Shown: positions 48,069-57,075, counted from the first letter of the stretch. The stretch: 64,000 bases of DNA from an uncultured Parcubacteria group bacterium (GCA_947084965.1 CAMTUG010000001.1:409301-473300), one strand, 5' to 3'. Made by a program: numbers and translations. Notes: generated from the letters alone by a model not told the origin.

Positions 48069-48293
<225 letters not shown>

Positions 48294-48302
48294 TTAGATA
48301 TT

Positions 48303-48360
48303 AGTAAGTAGTAAGTGGTAATTGGAGACAGCTGTCTCTACTTACCGCTTACCAATTACC
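48303..48360. repeat. Hairpin repeat, GTAAGYGG/GAGACAC family (R4)
   Basis: AGTAAGTAGTAAGTGGTAATTGGAGACAGCTGTCTCTACTTACCGCTTACCAATTACC in the atpB-atpE intergenic region. Confidence 0.6.
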
Positions 48361-48364
48361 AATT

Positions 48365-49195
48365 TCAATGCGCGTGCGCCATCTTTGCTTCATGATTCCC
48401 CTCCTCGTGCTCCTCTCCGTGTGCTTCGGTAGCAACGGTCAGATATGCGAGCGTGAGCATCGCAAAGACCGTCGCTTGAATCACCGCGACGAGAAGTTCG
48501 AGGAAGATGAATGGCAGAGGGAGGAAGTAGGCGAAGATTCCGAGAACGATCGTAATCAACACTTCGCCGGCAAAGATATTTCCAAAGAGACGCAAGGAGA
48601 GCGAAAGGACTTTGGCAATTTCTGAAACAATTTCGATCAACCCAACACCAAATTCAATGATCGCCACAATGACCGCCATTGGCCCTTTCGGAATCGCTTT
48701 GAAGATTCCGCGGATGTTGACGAATTTGGAAAGATGGGCGATCGGGCCAAGCTTTACTAATCCAAAGAGGTGCGAAGCGAGAACGGCCACCGCGGCGATC
48801 GCAAGCGTCATGTTCAGGTCGCTCGTTGCGGGACGCAGGAGCGGGATAAGGGCCATCTCACCATGGATGACTTCGCGGACCCCAATCGATCCCGTGCCCG
48901 GCATCTGGCCAAGCAAATTGGAGACGAGCACGAATAAGAAGATCGTTCCAACGATCGGCAAGAACTTTTTGGCGCGCTCGCGATCTTCCGTCACCTTTTG
49001 TGATTCCGTGAGCATGAATTCCACGATCGCTTCGAAGATATTGTGAATCCCTTTTGGCACGAGCCCCACGCGACGGCGGGCAATCGCCGCGACGACAACA
49101 AAAAAGATCACAGCGATCCAGGCGTTCACCATGGAGTTTGTGATCGGCAATGCGGCGATATGAGCGATTGGTTCAGCGGCGAGGGATACGGACAT
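48365..49195 (-). CDS. atpB: ATP synthase a subunit
   Basis: ...LSLSLRLFGNIFAGEVL... carries the conserved Arg helix; polytopic. Confidence 0.9.
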   Translation of the reverse strand: MSVSLAAEPIAHIAALPITNSMVNAWIAVIFFVVVAAIARRRVGLVPKGIHNIFEAIVEFMLTESQKVTEDRERAKKFLPIVGTIFLFVLVSNLLGQMPGTGSIGVREVIHGEMALIPLLRPATSDLNMTLAIAAVAVLASHLFGLVKLGPIAHLSKFVNIRGIFKAIPKGPMAVIVAIIEFGVGLIEIVSEIAKVLSLSLRLFGNIFAGEVLITIVLGIFAYFLPLPFIFLELLVAVIQATVFAMLTLAYLTVATEAHGEEHEEGNHEAKMAHAH

Positions 49196-49200
49196 ACATT

Positions 49201-49458
49201 CTATTTTCCCTTTTCCTTGCCTCCGCTTTCAAAGATCCTCTGATATTCCTTCCCATATTCCTTTGCAATTCTGGCCACGTGGATAGCGGTCAGGACAAAG
49301 GCGAGCACAAGAAGGCCGATCAGGAACCAGGGAGAGGTGTTGAAACGCGTGTCCAGCCACTTTCCGGCTAAGGCCGCCAAAACGGCCGGGACAGCGATCG
49401 CAACCCCGAAATTCCCAAGGATTTTGAAGGCGAAGAGGTACAAGGAGCGGTCGTTCAT
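49201..49458 (-). CDS. AtpI/AtpZ-like small membrane protein preceding atpB
   Basis: MNDRSLYLFAFKILGNFGVAIAVPAVLAALAGKWLDTRF...; two TM helices. The track start at 49497 is a TTG that coincides with the operon -35. Confidence 0.4.
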   Translation of the reverse strand: MNDRSLYLFAFKILGNFGVAIAVPAVLAALAGKWLDTRFNTSPWFLIGLLVLAFVLTAIHVARIAKEYGKEYQRIFESGGKEKGK

Positions 49459-49468
49459 AAGCGCGGAT

Positions 49469-49497
49469 AGTATAGCCGAATGGCTGTAGTAGGTCAA
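49469..49497 (-). promoter_or_regulatory. Putative ATP synthase operon promoter (TTGACC-17-TATACT, minus strand)
   Basis: The minus strand reads TTGACCtactacagccattcggcTATACT, about 10 nt before the ATG at 49458. Confidence 0.45.
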
Positions 49498-49542
49498 GGC
49501 AATTTGTCATTTTTGAAAGTCATTTATCCCCATAAATCGCGA

Positions 49543-49569
49543 AACCCACCTGAAGTGCTCAGGTGGGCT
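49543..49569 (-). terminator. Terminator hairpin of island B minus-strand gene, paralogous to 12252-12280
   Basis: AACCCACCTGA-agtgc-TCAGGTGGGCT. It has compensatory base changes relative to the island A hairpin (AG/CT versus TGA/TCA). The flanking sequence shares CGCGAA...TCGTG.G.G...GGAGTGCC..CTAC with island A. Confidence 0.5.
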
Positions 49570-49594
49570 CGACGTGGGTGAAGCAGGGAGTGCC

Positions 49595-50479
49595 CTACTT
49601 CGTCTGGGTGGTGGGGATCGGTTGCATCTCTGGGCCGGAGACGCCGCCGAACTTGGCGAAGCCGCAGCAGCCGCAGAACAGGACGAGGAGGAACCCGACG
49701 ATGATGATCAGCGGCAAGTTGCCCGCGATCGCGCCGCTGATGGTCGGCTGGGTCGGGGTGCCGGTGGCGCTCGTCGCCTTCCCTGCTTCCTCGCGACCCT
49801 TCTTGGCGGCGTCCTTCCGCTTCTTGCGCTCCTCCGCGCGTTCGTCCCGCGCGGCCTGCTGATCGGCCGTCGGGTTGGCCCAACGGTCCCGGGCCCGAGC
49901 GACGGCGGCGTCCTGGCGAGCACGCGCCGCGGCAGCTTCCGCCGCACGCGCGACCTCGGCTTCGTGGGCCGCGGCGGCCGCCTTGGCTTCGGCGGCCTTG
50001 CGATCGTCCTCGGCCTTCTTCGCGGCGGCGCCAGGGTCGACGGGCTTCACGGTCTCGGCCGGCGTCTCGGGCGCGCCAGCCTTCTTCGCGGCAAGGGCAG
50101 CGGCTGCTGCGGCTCCGGCTGCGCCAGCGGCGACCTCCTCGTCGAGGTCCGGGATGCCGTCCCCGTCTTCTTCGACGACCGCCTCCTCGGGCTCCTCCTC
50201 TTCCTCGCTCGGCTTCTCGGCCTTGACGCCGGTCAGCTTCTCGAGGATCGGGTGGACGACCTCGGCCATGGCGCCGATCACGCTGCCCAGCGTGCCGGCC
50301 TCCTTGGCGTCGAGGAGCTCGGTGAGGAGCTTCTGCGAGGGCTCGTCGAGCACGTCGGCCATTTCGTCGGCCTTGACGGCGTCCGCGGTCCAGGCGGCGC
50401 TGAGGTCCGACCACTCCTGGTCGGTGAGCTCCTCGCCATCCAGACACTTCTTCAACAGGGCCTTGATCTTCGGGTCCAT
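49595..50479 (-). CDS. High-GC tail-anchored membrane protein of unknown function (294 aa)
   Basis: ATG at 50479 (MDPKIKALLKKCLDGEELTDQEW...) with a GGAG RBS. It has an acidic linker (EEEEEPEE), an Ala-rich helix (AEAKAAAAAHEAEVARAAEAAAARARQDAAVARARD), a single C-terminal TM (LPLIIIVGFLLVLFCGCCGF) and a short tail. The track start at 50635 is upstream of the promoter. Confidence 0.55.
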   Translation of the reverse strand: MDPKIKALLKKCLDGEELTDQEWSDLSAAWTADAVKADEMADVLDEPSQKLLTELLDAKEAGTLGSVIGAMAEVVHPILEKLTGVKAEKPSEEEEEPEEAVVEEDGDGIPDLDEEVAAGAAGAAAAAALAAKKAGAPETPAETVKPVDPGAAAKKAEDDRKAAEAKAAAAAHEAEVARAAEAAAARARQDAAVARARDRWANPTADQQAARDERAEERKKRKDAAKKGREEAGKATSATGTPTQPTISGAIAGNLPLIIIVGFLLVLFCGCCGFAKFGGVSGPEMQPIPTTQTK

Positions 50480-50564
50480 TCGGTACTCCGTGGGTGGGGG
50501 TAGATGTCCTGACTGCGGGATCCTTGACGCCTGAAGCGTCGGAACGGGAGAAATCCAGCCGCCA

Positions 50565-50593
50565 AATATAGCATAAAAAACCGATTTTGTCAA
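50565..50593 (-). promoter_or_regulatory. Sigma70-like promoter for island B minus gene (TTGACA-17-TATATT)
   Basis: The minus strand reads TTGACAaaatcggttttttatgcTATATT; the leader of about 85 nt contains the hairpin GACGCttcagGCGTC. Confidence 0.45.
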
Positions 50594-50657
50594 TCCAGCC
50601 CAACAATAAGGGCAAAAAGCGAAAAAGAGGCACAAATAAAGCCAAAATCTTATCTAG

Positions 50658-50693
50658 GCAGACTTGACAAAATCAAAAAAGTCTGCTATTTTA
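50658..50693 (+). promoter_or_regulatory. Sigma70-like promoter for island B plus gene (TTGACA-16-TATTTT), with -35 inside an 8-bp inverted repeat GCAGACTT-N13-AAGTCTGC
   Basis: gGCAGACTTGACAAAATCAAAAAAGTCTGCTATTTTAcaagg; leader of about 120 nt with a GGAG RBS. Confidence 0.5.
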
Positions 50694-50812
50694 CAAGGCT
50701 GTGCAGGACCCTAAAAGAGAGGGCTGGCAGTGGTTTTCCCCGACAGCGGGGCTGATCGAGAGAGAAAGGACACAACACCCAAACGGCGGCCAACCCGCCA
50801 ACGGAGCACACC

Positions 50813-52408
50813 ATGGCGACCCTCGCCGAACAGCTCGCCGCGCAAGCGGCCAACGCCAGCAAGAAGAACGACAAGGGCAACAAGAAGGGCGGTCTCGCGG
50901 CGCAGGCCGCGGCCGGCAACAAGCCCGACGCCAAGGCGCAGCAGGAGGCCCGGGCGGCGGCGTTCGCCGACGCGCAGAACGACCTGGCCGCCGACGCGGT
51001 GATGAAGATCGGGGAGCTCGCCCAGGGCAACCGCCGCGCCCAGGCGGACCTGATCTCCCGCATCGTCCGCAACGGAGAGAAGCTCGCCATCTTCGAGGTC
51101 AGCCCCCGGCAGGAGGAGGGACGGCACGGCGAGGGCCTCAAGTGGGTCGGCGACACCACGATCGACGGCGTCGGGGAGACGGTCGGCTTCACCAGCCACA
51201 TCATCCTCTTCGACCTGGTCGCCGGGAAGAAGGTGTGGTGCTGCCTCGTGCAGGACAAGAAGCGCAAGGACAGCTACAGCGCCTTCCCCCTCGGCCTCTG
51301 CGAGGTGTCCCTCATCAACAACTGGAACGGGAACCGTTCGAAGGAGGACCCGACCATCACCGTCATCACCGGCTCGATCCGCGACGCCCACCGCAGCGTC
51401 AAGCTGACGGTCCGCGAGATCGTCGAGCTGCGTGGGCGGGGCGGGGGTCAGCACCTCGCCTGGCTCAAGGGCTTCCGCCTGGTGAAGCACGAGCGGTGCC
51501 AGCCCTTCGCGCTCAACGTCAAGTCCGTGTTCAAGATCGAGCTGGGCGAGCGCGGCGCCACCCTCCGGTTCGTCTCCACGGCCGAGGCCTTCCAGGGCTT
51601 CGATCACAAGGCGATCGCGATCGGCGGGGCCTCGAGCAAGCCGGTCGATCCGCTCGCGGCGGTCGGCAAGGTGACGATCGAGGAGGTCAACCCGGACATC
51701 GTCCACGGGCTGATCAACAAGCTGAAGGGAGAGAAGAAGACGGACGAGCACCCCACCGTGAAGGCGATGAAGGCGGCCGGGCGCAAGGTGTCGGACGACA
51801 TGGCCGGGCGCGAGGGCCCCATCAACTCGGTCCTGGAGAAGGAGGTCAAGCCGGCGCTCCTCGAGGCGCTGGACGTGGAGATCGAGAAGCGCGAGAAGCT
51901 CCTCGGCGACCTCCCCACCCTGCGCGTGTTCCTGGGGCTCACCACCTCGGACGACATGCGCAGCACCCACCGCAACATCAGCAACCGGCGCGACGCGCCG
52001 AAGGAGGGCAAGGACTCGCCCGCCGAGTTCATCGCCGAGAAGACCAAGATCCCGTTCACCTGGTCCCTCTTCGGCCGCTACTTCCGGGCCGGACTCCTCG
52101 CCAAGATCGCCCAGGCGGAGGAGAGCCACGATCTGGCCGTCAAGATCGTGGTGCTCGAGAAGGAGGTCGAGGTCAACGCCGAGGACATGCTCGGGTGGCC
52201 CGACTGGACCAAGGAAGGGATCGCCGCCCGACTCGAGGCGATCGAGAAGGGCGACGTGCGCGGGGCCGTCTGGGTGGTGAACCAGGCGCTCCGGCAGCAC
52301 AAGGTGGAGATCGACCTCGGCAAGGAGGGCCACCTCGACATCGTGAAGGCTGCGGTGAAGACCGTCGCCGACGCGGTGATCGCCAAGATCACGCCCGCCG
52401 CCAGCTAG
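50813..52408 (+). CDS. High-GC 531-aa soluble protein of unknown function
   Basis: ATG at 50813. The N-terminal ~60 aa are A/Q/K-rich low complexity (MATLAEQLAAQAANASKKNDKGNKKGGLAAQAAAGNKPDAKAQQEARAAAF...). No P-loop, HTH or catalytic motif is recognised by eye. Strong GC3 bias. Confidence 0.6.
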   Translation: MATLAEQLAAQAANASKKNDKGNKKGGLAAQAAAGNKPDAKAQQEARAAAFADAQNDLAADAVMKIGELAQGNRRAQADLISRIVRNGEKLAIFEVSPRQEEGRHGEGLKWVGDTTIDGVGETVGFTSHIILFDLVAGKKVWCCLVQDKKRKDSYSAFPLGLCEVSLINNWNGNRSKEDPTITVITGSIRDAHRSVKLTVREIVELRGRGGGQHLAWLKGFRLVKHERCQPFALNVKSVFKIELGERGATLRFVSTAEAFQGFDHKAIAIGGASSKPVDPLAAVGKVTIEEVNPDIVHGLINKLKGEKKTDEHPTVKAMKAAGRKVSDDMAGREGPINSVLEKEVKPALLEALDVEIEKREKLLGDLPTLRVFLGLTTSDDMRSTHRNISNRRDAPKEGKDSPAEFIAEKTKIPFTWSLFGRYFRAGLLAKIAQAEESHDLAVKIVVLEKEVEVNAEDMLGWPDWTKEGIAARLEAIEKGDVRGAVWVVNQALRQHKVEIDLGKEGHLDIVKAAVKTVADAVIAKITPAAS

Positions 52409-52488
52409 AGGAAGCTGGACTTCAAGAGAAGGGCTAGAGGTAGCAGATGAATCAGTCTACCTCGCCCAACTCATCCTCACTCACGAGC

Positions 52489-52517
52489 GACACCCACGGA
52501 AAACTTCCGTGGGTGTC
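52489..52517 (+). terminator. Terminator hairpin of island B plus gene
   Basis: GACACCCACGGAA-aac-TTCCGTGGGTGTC is a 13-bp stem in the ACCCAC family. A second hairpin, TAGACGGGGCgcagtgGCCCCGTCTA (52526-52551), abuts the tatD stop. Confidence 0.5.
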
Positions 52518-52551
52518 ATCGCGTTTAGACGGGGCGCAGTGGCCCCGTCTA

Positions 52552-53394
52552 TTAAATTCCAAAGAGCTTTTCGGCGTTTGCCGTCGTAACACGATCAACT
52601 TCTTCAACCGTGATCCCTTTAAGCACCGCGACTTTGGCCGCTACAAATTCGACCATCCACGGTTCATTGCGCTCCCCGCGATGCGGTTCAGGAGTTAAAT
52701 ACGGTGCGTCGGTTTCGAGCATCATCATTTCGAGCGGACAATCACGCACTACTTGTTGCAGCGCAGAAATTGCCCCTTCCGATTTACGTGGCGGAAAGGT
52801 GATGATCCCGGTGAAGCTGGTGAGGAATCCGATTGCGTGATAGGCGCGAGCTTCTTCAATCGTTCCCGTAAAACAATGTACAACTCCGCGACGTTTCATC
52901 CGTCCCGCTTCGATGTATTCTTTCAAAATAGCCACCTGATCGGCGTGCGCGTCACGACAGTGAATGACCACAGGCAGATTCAGCTCATCCGCCAGATCAA
53001 ACTGCTTGCGCACTTCCACCTTCTGCTTTTCAATCAACGTCGCACGATCCACCTCCGGCGGGATGCGATAGTAATCCAGCCCACACTCCCCGATCGCCAC
53101 CACCTTTGGATGCTTGGCAAGATCACGGTAATACTCCATGTCAAAACTTTCACAGCGCGTCTTGATCTCTTCCAAATCATCTTGAAAATGCTGTTCGCAC
53201 GTATGATTCGGATGTAGACCGATCGTGGTGTAGACGCCGTCGTACTGTTCCGCAACTCCAATCCCCTTCTTACTTGTTGTTGACTGCGTCCCAACGGTCA
53301 CCATGCGCACCCCTTTTTCAAGAGTACGCGTGATCACGGCGTCCATGTCATCTTTGTACGCCTGAAAGTGGACGTGGCAATGCGTGTCGATCAT
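52552..53394 (-). CDS. tatD: TatD family hydrolase (DNase)
   Basis: MIDTHCHVHFQAY... plus the TatD His/Glu/Asp motifs. Confidence 0.85.
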   Translation of the reverse strand: MIDTHCHVHFQAYKDDMDAVITRTLEKGVRMVTVGTQSTTSKKGIGVAEQYDGVYTTIGLHPNHTCEQHFQDDLEEIKTRCESFDMEYYRDLAKHPKVVAIGECGLDYYRIPPEVDRATLIEKQKVEVRKQFDLADELNLPVVIHCRDAHADQVAILKEYIEAGRMKRRGVVHCFTGTIEEARAYHAIGFLTSFTGIITFPPRKSEGAISALQQVVRDCPLEMMMLETDAPYLTPEPHRGERNEPWMVEFVAAKVAVLKGITVEEVDRVTTANAEKLFGI

Positions 53395-53903
53395 ACGGTT
53401 GGAATTCTGGCACGTAACGTTTCCGGGAGGAGACCAACAAAGATCGTGAAGAGACCCATCAGATAGGTCGCTACTTTTGAACTATCGATCACTTCAACGA
53501 CCGTGGCTTCAGGAAACAGAAGTTTGGCGATGTACACGACCGAAGCGACGACCACAAGTCCTTCAAGGAATCCAAGGAATCCGCCAAGCAGTCGATTAGC
53601 CGTTTTCAAAAACGGAATGATTGAGATGATGTTAAACGCTTTTTCTACGACCCAGAAAATAAGACCGACGAGGCGCGAAACGATCAGAAAGACGAGGATG
53701 AACGAAAGGATCGTTGGCAAGACTTCGGCGCCTGTTACTTCGGAAAGCCACGCCCCGAACGGCACGGCGGCGCGTGAGGCGACGAAAATTCCAGCGACCG
53801 TGCCGACCAACGCCCCGAGCGTCTGGATAAATCCAAGAAACGCACCAACAAGACCGAAGGAAAAGACGATCAGAATCAAGATGACGTCGAGGAGAGAGAA
53901 CAT
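53391..53903 (-). CDS. cvpA: CvpA family membrane protein
   Basis: MFSLLDVILILIVFSFGLVGAFLGFIQTLGALVGTVAGIFVA... is a CvpA-like N-terminus; 4 TM. Confidence 0.6.
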   Translation of the reverse strand: MFSLLDVILILIVFSFGLVGAFLGFIQTLGALVGTVAGIFVASRAAVPFGAWLSEVTGAEVLPTILSFILVFLIVSRLVGLIFWVVEKAFNIISIIPFLKTANRLLGGFLGFLEGLVVVASVVYIAKLLFPEATVVEVIDSSKVATYLMGLFTIFVGLLPETLRARIPTV

Positions 53904-53939
53904 AGGAAAAGGAAAGAGGTGAGAGGTAGAGAAGAGGTG

Positions 53940-55439
53940 CTAGGGGCGACGGGGGAAGAGAGGGTCTGATTTTTGCAGGACGTGTCCAGGTTCAAGCCCG
54001 CCCCACACCCAAGCCGATTCCGCAGACTGCGTGAATTCTTTTGGCGTTTCTAATCCGAGTTGGGCGAGCATTTTTTCGGCCGTCTCTGGCATGAATGGCA
54101 ACAGCATCCACGCGATGTGACGCAACGTTTCGAGCAGAACGTACATTGTCTGATCGATCATCTTCTGCTCCCCTAACTTGGCGAGCTTCCATGGCGCCTG
54201 CTGATCAATGAACTGATTGCTTTCGCGTACTAGTTTCCACGTTACTTCGAGGGCGTCGAGGAAGCGCACCTCTTCCATTGCTAACTGATACGCTGGCCAA
54301 GCCCCGGCCAAAAATCCGTCGGCGCGTTCTGGAACTTTTCCATCGCAAAACTTTTCGGCCATCGTAATCACCCGACTCAACAAGTTTCCAAGCTCGCTCG
54401 CCAGATCGCTGTCATAGCGTTGCTCCATGCGTGCCAGGGCAAAATCCCCATCTTCGCCGTACTTGATTTCGCGCAGCAAGAAATAACGCAGCACGTCATT
54501 GCCAAAGTTTTGTGCCAATTCGATCGGATCGATGGCGTTGCCGAGCGACTTAGAAATTTTATCGCCATTGATCGTAAAAAACCCGTTCGCAAAGACCCGC
54601 GTCGGCAGCGGCAGTCCGGCTGACAAAAGCATCGCCGGCCACAGAGCGCAGTGGAACTTGATGATATCCTTTCCAACCAAATGCACATCTGCCGGCCAAT
54701 ACTTGGCGAACATCGCCTCATCGCTCCCGTAGCCGACAGCAGTCAGATAGTTGATCAGCGCGTCGAACCAAACGTAGATACGCTGGGAGTCATCGCCAGG
54801 CACAGGAATACCGCACTTCACCGTTTCGCGCGAAATACTGACGTCGGTCATGAACTTATCGATGTACGAACGAATTTCATTGCGACGCGAAGTTGGCTGC
54901 ACGAACTCTGGATGCTCATCAATTAACTTCAGCAACGCCTCACGATACTTCGTCAGACGGAAAAAGTAATTCTTTTCAGAAAGTCGATCTGGCTCTCGTT
55001 TATGCAACGGACATTTGCCGTCGACCAAATCATCTTCTGTTTTATACGACTCACACCCGACACAGTACAGACCTTCGTACTGCCCTTCGTAAATGTCGCC
55101 ATTTTCAAACGACGCTTTCCAAAACTTCTCAACCGCCTTCACGTGTCGCTCCTCCGTCGTACGGATAAAAGCGTTGTTGGTGATCCCAAGCGAGTCCCAT
55201 GTTGATTGCCAGGTGGCACTCATCTGGTCCAGATACTTGGTGAGATCCGCCTCCCCCGCCTTCTTTGCCGCCTCAACGTTCTTCTGCGAATTTTCGTCTG
55301 TGCCAGTCACGAAAAAAACATCATGCCCGAGCATGCGATGATAACGCGCCAACACATCCGCCGCGATCGTCGTATAGGCATGCCCAACGTGCGGTTTGTC
55401 GTTGACGTAGTAGATGGGGGTAGTGATGTAGAACTTCAT
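53940..55439 (-). CDS. metG: Methionine--tRNA ligase (minimal form)
   Basis: MKFYITTPIYYVNDKPHVGHAYTTIAAD... (HVGH) and ...KISKSLGN (KMSKS); CxxC...CxxC knuckle. ATG at 55439; the track ORF is extended to 55508. Confidence 0.9.
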   Translation of the reverse strand: MKFYITTPIYYVNDKPHVGHAYTTIAADVLARYHRMLGHDVFFVTGTDENSQKNVEAAKKAGEADLTKYLDQMSATWQSTWDSLGITNNAFIRTTEERHVKAVEKFWKASFENGDIYEGQYEGLYCVGCESYKTEDDLVDGKCPLHKREPDRLSEKNYFFRLTKYREALLKLIDEHPEFVQPTSRRNEIRSYIDKFMTDVSISRETVKCGIPVPGDDSQRIYVWFDALINYLTAVGYGSDEAMFAKYWPADVHLVGKDIIKFHCALWPAMLLSAGLPLPTRVFANGFFTINGDKISKSLGNAIDPIELAQNFGNDVLRYFLLREIKYGEDGDFALARMEQRYDSDLASELGNLLSRVITMAEKFCDGKVPERADGFLAGAWPAYQLAMEEVRFLDALEVTWKLVRESNQFIDQQAPWKLAKLGEQKMIDQTMYVLLETLRHIAWMLLPFMPETAEKMLAQLGLETPKEFTQSAESAWVWGGLEPGHVLQKSDPLFPRRP

Positions 55440-55457
55440 ACGGTAGAAAGCGGAAAG

Positions 55458-55480
55458 CAGTAAGTGGTAAATTGAGACAC
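55458..55480. repeat. Half-copy of the GTAAGYGG/GAGACAC repeat (R5)
   Basis: CAGTAAGTGGTAAATTGAGACAC in the rsmI-metG intergenic region. Confidence 0.4.
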
Positions 55481-56148
55481 TAGCGGATTGGAGCGAGTAC
55501 CACCACAAATTCTCCTTTAATACTAGCTTTTTTCAAGGCTTCTGTCACTTGGGTAGGCGTGCCGCGATACGTCGTTTCAAACATCTTAGTCAATTCACGA
55601 CAGACGACGATCTTGCGGTCACCGATGCGTTTCTCAAGTTCAGCCAAGGACTTGATGATGCGATGCGTGGATTCGTAAAAGACGACCGTCGATTCAATGC
55701 TCGCCGCGCGATCAAAAAACTTCTGCCTCCCGTTTTTGTGCGGAGGGAATCCCATGAACAAAAATTCATCAGCCGGGAATCCACTAATGGAAAGGGCGGC
55801 GATGACTGCGGATGGTCCAGGGATAGGAACGATCTTCACATCGTCGCCAAATCGCACGACGACTTCTTCAACCAATTTTCCTCCGGGATCGGAAATGCCC
55901 GGAGTGCCGGCGTCTGTGACGAGTGCAAGGTTCTTCCCCTCTGCGAGCATCTCGAGGGCCTGTGTCGTTTGGGAGTGTTGGTGATAACTGACAAGTGGGC
56001 GCTTGATTCCAATCAGAGAGAGCATCTTCCCCGTGACGCGTGTGTCTTCGCAAAGAACGGCGTCAACTGAGGAAAGCGTTGTCTTGGCGCGCTCGGTTAA
56101 ATCAGAGAGATTGCCGATCGGTGTGGCAACGATAAAGAGTTGGGGCAT
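55480..56148 (-). CDS. rsmI: 16S rRNA (cytidine1402-2'-O)-methyltransferase RsmI
   Basis: MPQLFIVATPIGNLSDLTERAKTTLSSVDAVLCEDTRVTGKML... is the tetrapyrrole-methylase-fold RsmI N-terminus. Confidence 0.85.
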   Translation of the reverse strand: MPQLFIVATPIGNLSDLTERAKTTLSSVDAVLCEDTRVTGKMLSLIGIKRPLVSYHQHSQTTQALEMLAEGKNLALVTDAGTPGISDPGGKLVEEVVVRFGDDVKIVPIPGPSAVIAALSISGFPADEFLFMGFPPHKNGRQKFFDRAASIESTVVFYESTHRIIKSLAELEKRIGDRKIVVCRELTKMFETTYRGTPTQVTEALKKASIKGEFVVVLAPIR

Positions 56149-56170
56149 ACCGAAATTTTTACCTCAGTAG

Positions 56171-56203
56171 GAATTTGCCTCTCGAGAAGCAAATCTCTCA
56201 AGG
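56171..56203. repeat. Palindrome TGCCTCTCGAGARGCA element, copy 2
   Basis: gaatTTGCCTCTCGAGAAGCAAatctctcaagg between the DUF3179 gene stop and the rsmI start. Confidence 0.5.
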
Positions 56204-56211
56204 GGTTCTTT

Positions 56212-57075
56212 TTAGAGATCCCCTGCCGTGATCTGCGTATCCGGATACATCGCCACCCATGCAAACCAGTAGGCATAGATGTATTGCTCCGGCACAAAAC
56301 CATCTTCAACGAACGGTACAGCGAGCGGCGTTCCATTGTTGATCACCCCGTAGACCAACGCCTTGGGAGGCAAGCGGTCATCCAGATTTGAAAGGGGAAA
56401 CCAGATATCCGTCGGAGCGAGATGATACTCGGCATACGGATCCGTGGTGTAATCGCGGATCGCTCCTGTTTTACGCGAAAGCACTTGCGCACTCGGATAA
56501 TCTGAACGGAAATCCGCCCACGTCGTGACGGTATACGGATAGCTGCGCAGGGAGACGTCCGCTCGCTCACCGACCACGCCCTTGCCCAGAATCTGCGACC
56601 ACAACGATTCTGTTTCACGGTCGTACATCAGCAGATTGTTGTTATAAAGTTTTCCGGAAACGCCAAATTCAACTACGGTCTCCCCTACGCGACGATCAAA
56701 AACGGCCACGCTTTGTGTAAGCGGGCTGTAGGTGACAGCAAGAGGGGTTCCTTCGATCACATCATTGACAATCTCGTGCCAAACCAAAATTTGGAACGGA
56801 TAAAAGCGACGTGTGTTTCCGATCTTCAGGTTGATTCCTGAGCCTGTATCCGAAAGATACACGTCTGCCACCTGAACCGATTCAAATTGCGGAGCATCGA
56901 TCGATGGGATCCCGTCCTTCCCCGGACCACCGCTTACGATCGCATCTACGACCTGCTTTTCTTGTTGGGCGATCTGTTCTGACAACGGCTGAAGATCAAA
57001 AAAACGCTCCAGTCCGTAATAGATACCGGACAGGACGAGCAGACTGATGATCGCCACGATGTAGGGATTTTTCAT
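56212..57075 (-). CDS. DUF3179 domain protein (membrane-anchored)
   Basis: N-terminal TM, then ...GPGKDGIPSIDAPQF...YPFQILVWHEIVND...LLMYDRETESLWSQ... Confidence 0.5.
   Translation of the reverse strand: MKNPYIVAIISLLVLSGIYYGLERFFDLQPLSEQIAQQEKQVVDAIVSGGPGKDGIPSIDAPQFESVQVADVYLSDTGSGINLKIGNTRRFYPFQILVWHEIVNDVIEGTPLAVTYSPLTQSVAVFDRRVGETVVEFGVSGKLYNNNLLMYDRETESLWSQILGKGVVGERADVSLRSYPYTVTTWADFRSDYPSAQVLSRKTGAIRDYTTDPYAEYHLAPTDIWFPLSNLDDRLPPKALVYGVINNGTPLAVPFVEDGFVPEQYIYAYWFAWVAMYPDTQITAGDL

Larger units (their letters stand above)
49536..52525. other. Compositional island B (GC3-rich, about 65-70% GC): divergent two-gene cassette with an AT-rich central promoter region
   Basis: Abrupt GC and codon-bias shift. 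The opposite-strand ORFs in the track here have no stops only because of the high GC. Terminator hairpins bound the cassette on both sides. Confidence 0.6.

Noticed and set aside
49524-52437. Very long overlapping ORFs on both strands in island B (49524..50645-, 49574..50503+, 49875..50534+, 50686..51267-, 50701..52437+, 50711..52333-, 51604..52059-, 52078..52392-)
   Set aside because: Their translations are low-complexity, Arg/Gly/Pro-rich and typical of out-of-frame high-GC sequence. The chosen frames (49595..50479- and 50813..52408+) have ATG plus GGAG RBS, promoters and terminators, and protein-like composition.
52447-52698. ORF 52447..52698(+), 83 aa
   Set aside because: It overlaps the terminator hairpins and the well-supported tatD gene on the opposite strand. 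Its composition is low-complexity and it has no RBS or promoter.
55440-55508. N-terminal extension of metG to 55508 (MWWYSLQSASV...)
   Set aside because: The extension is encoded by the R5 repeat and the rsmI 3' end. The canonical MetRS N-terminus MKFYITTPIYYVND begins at the ATG at 55439.
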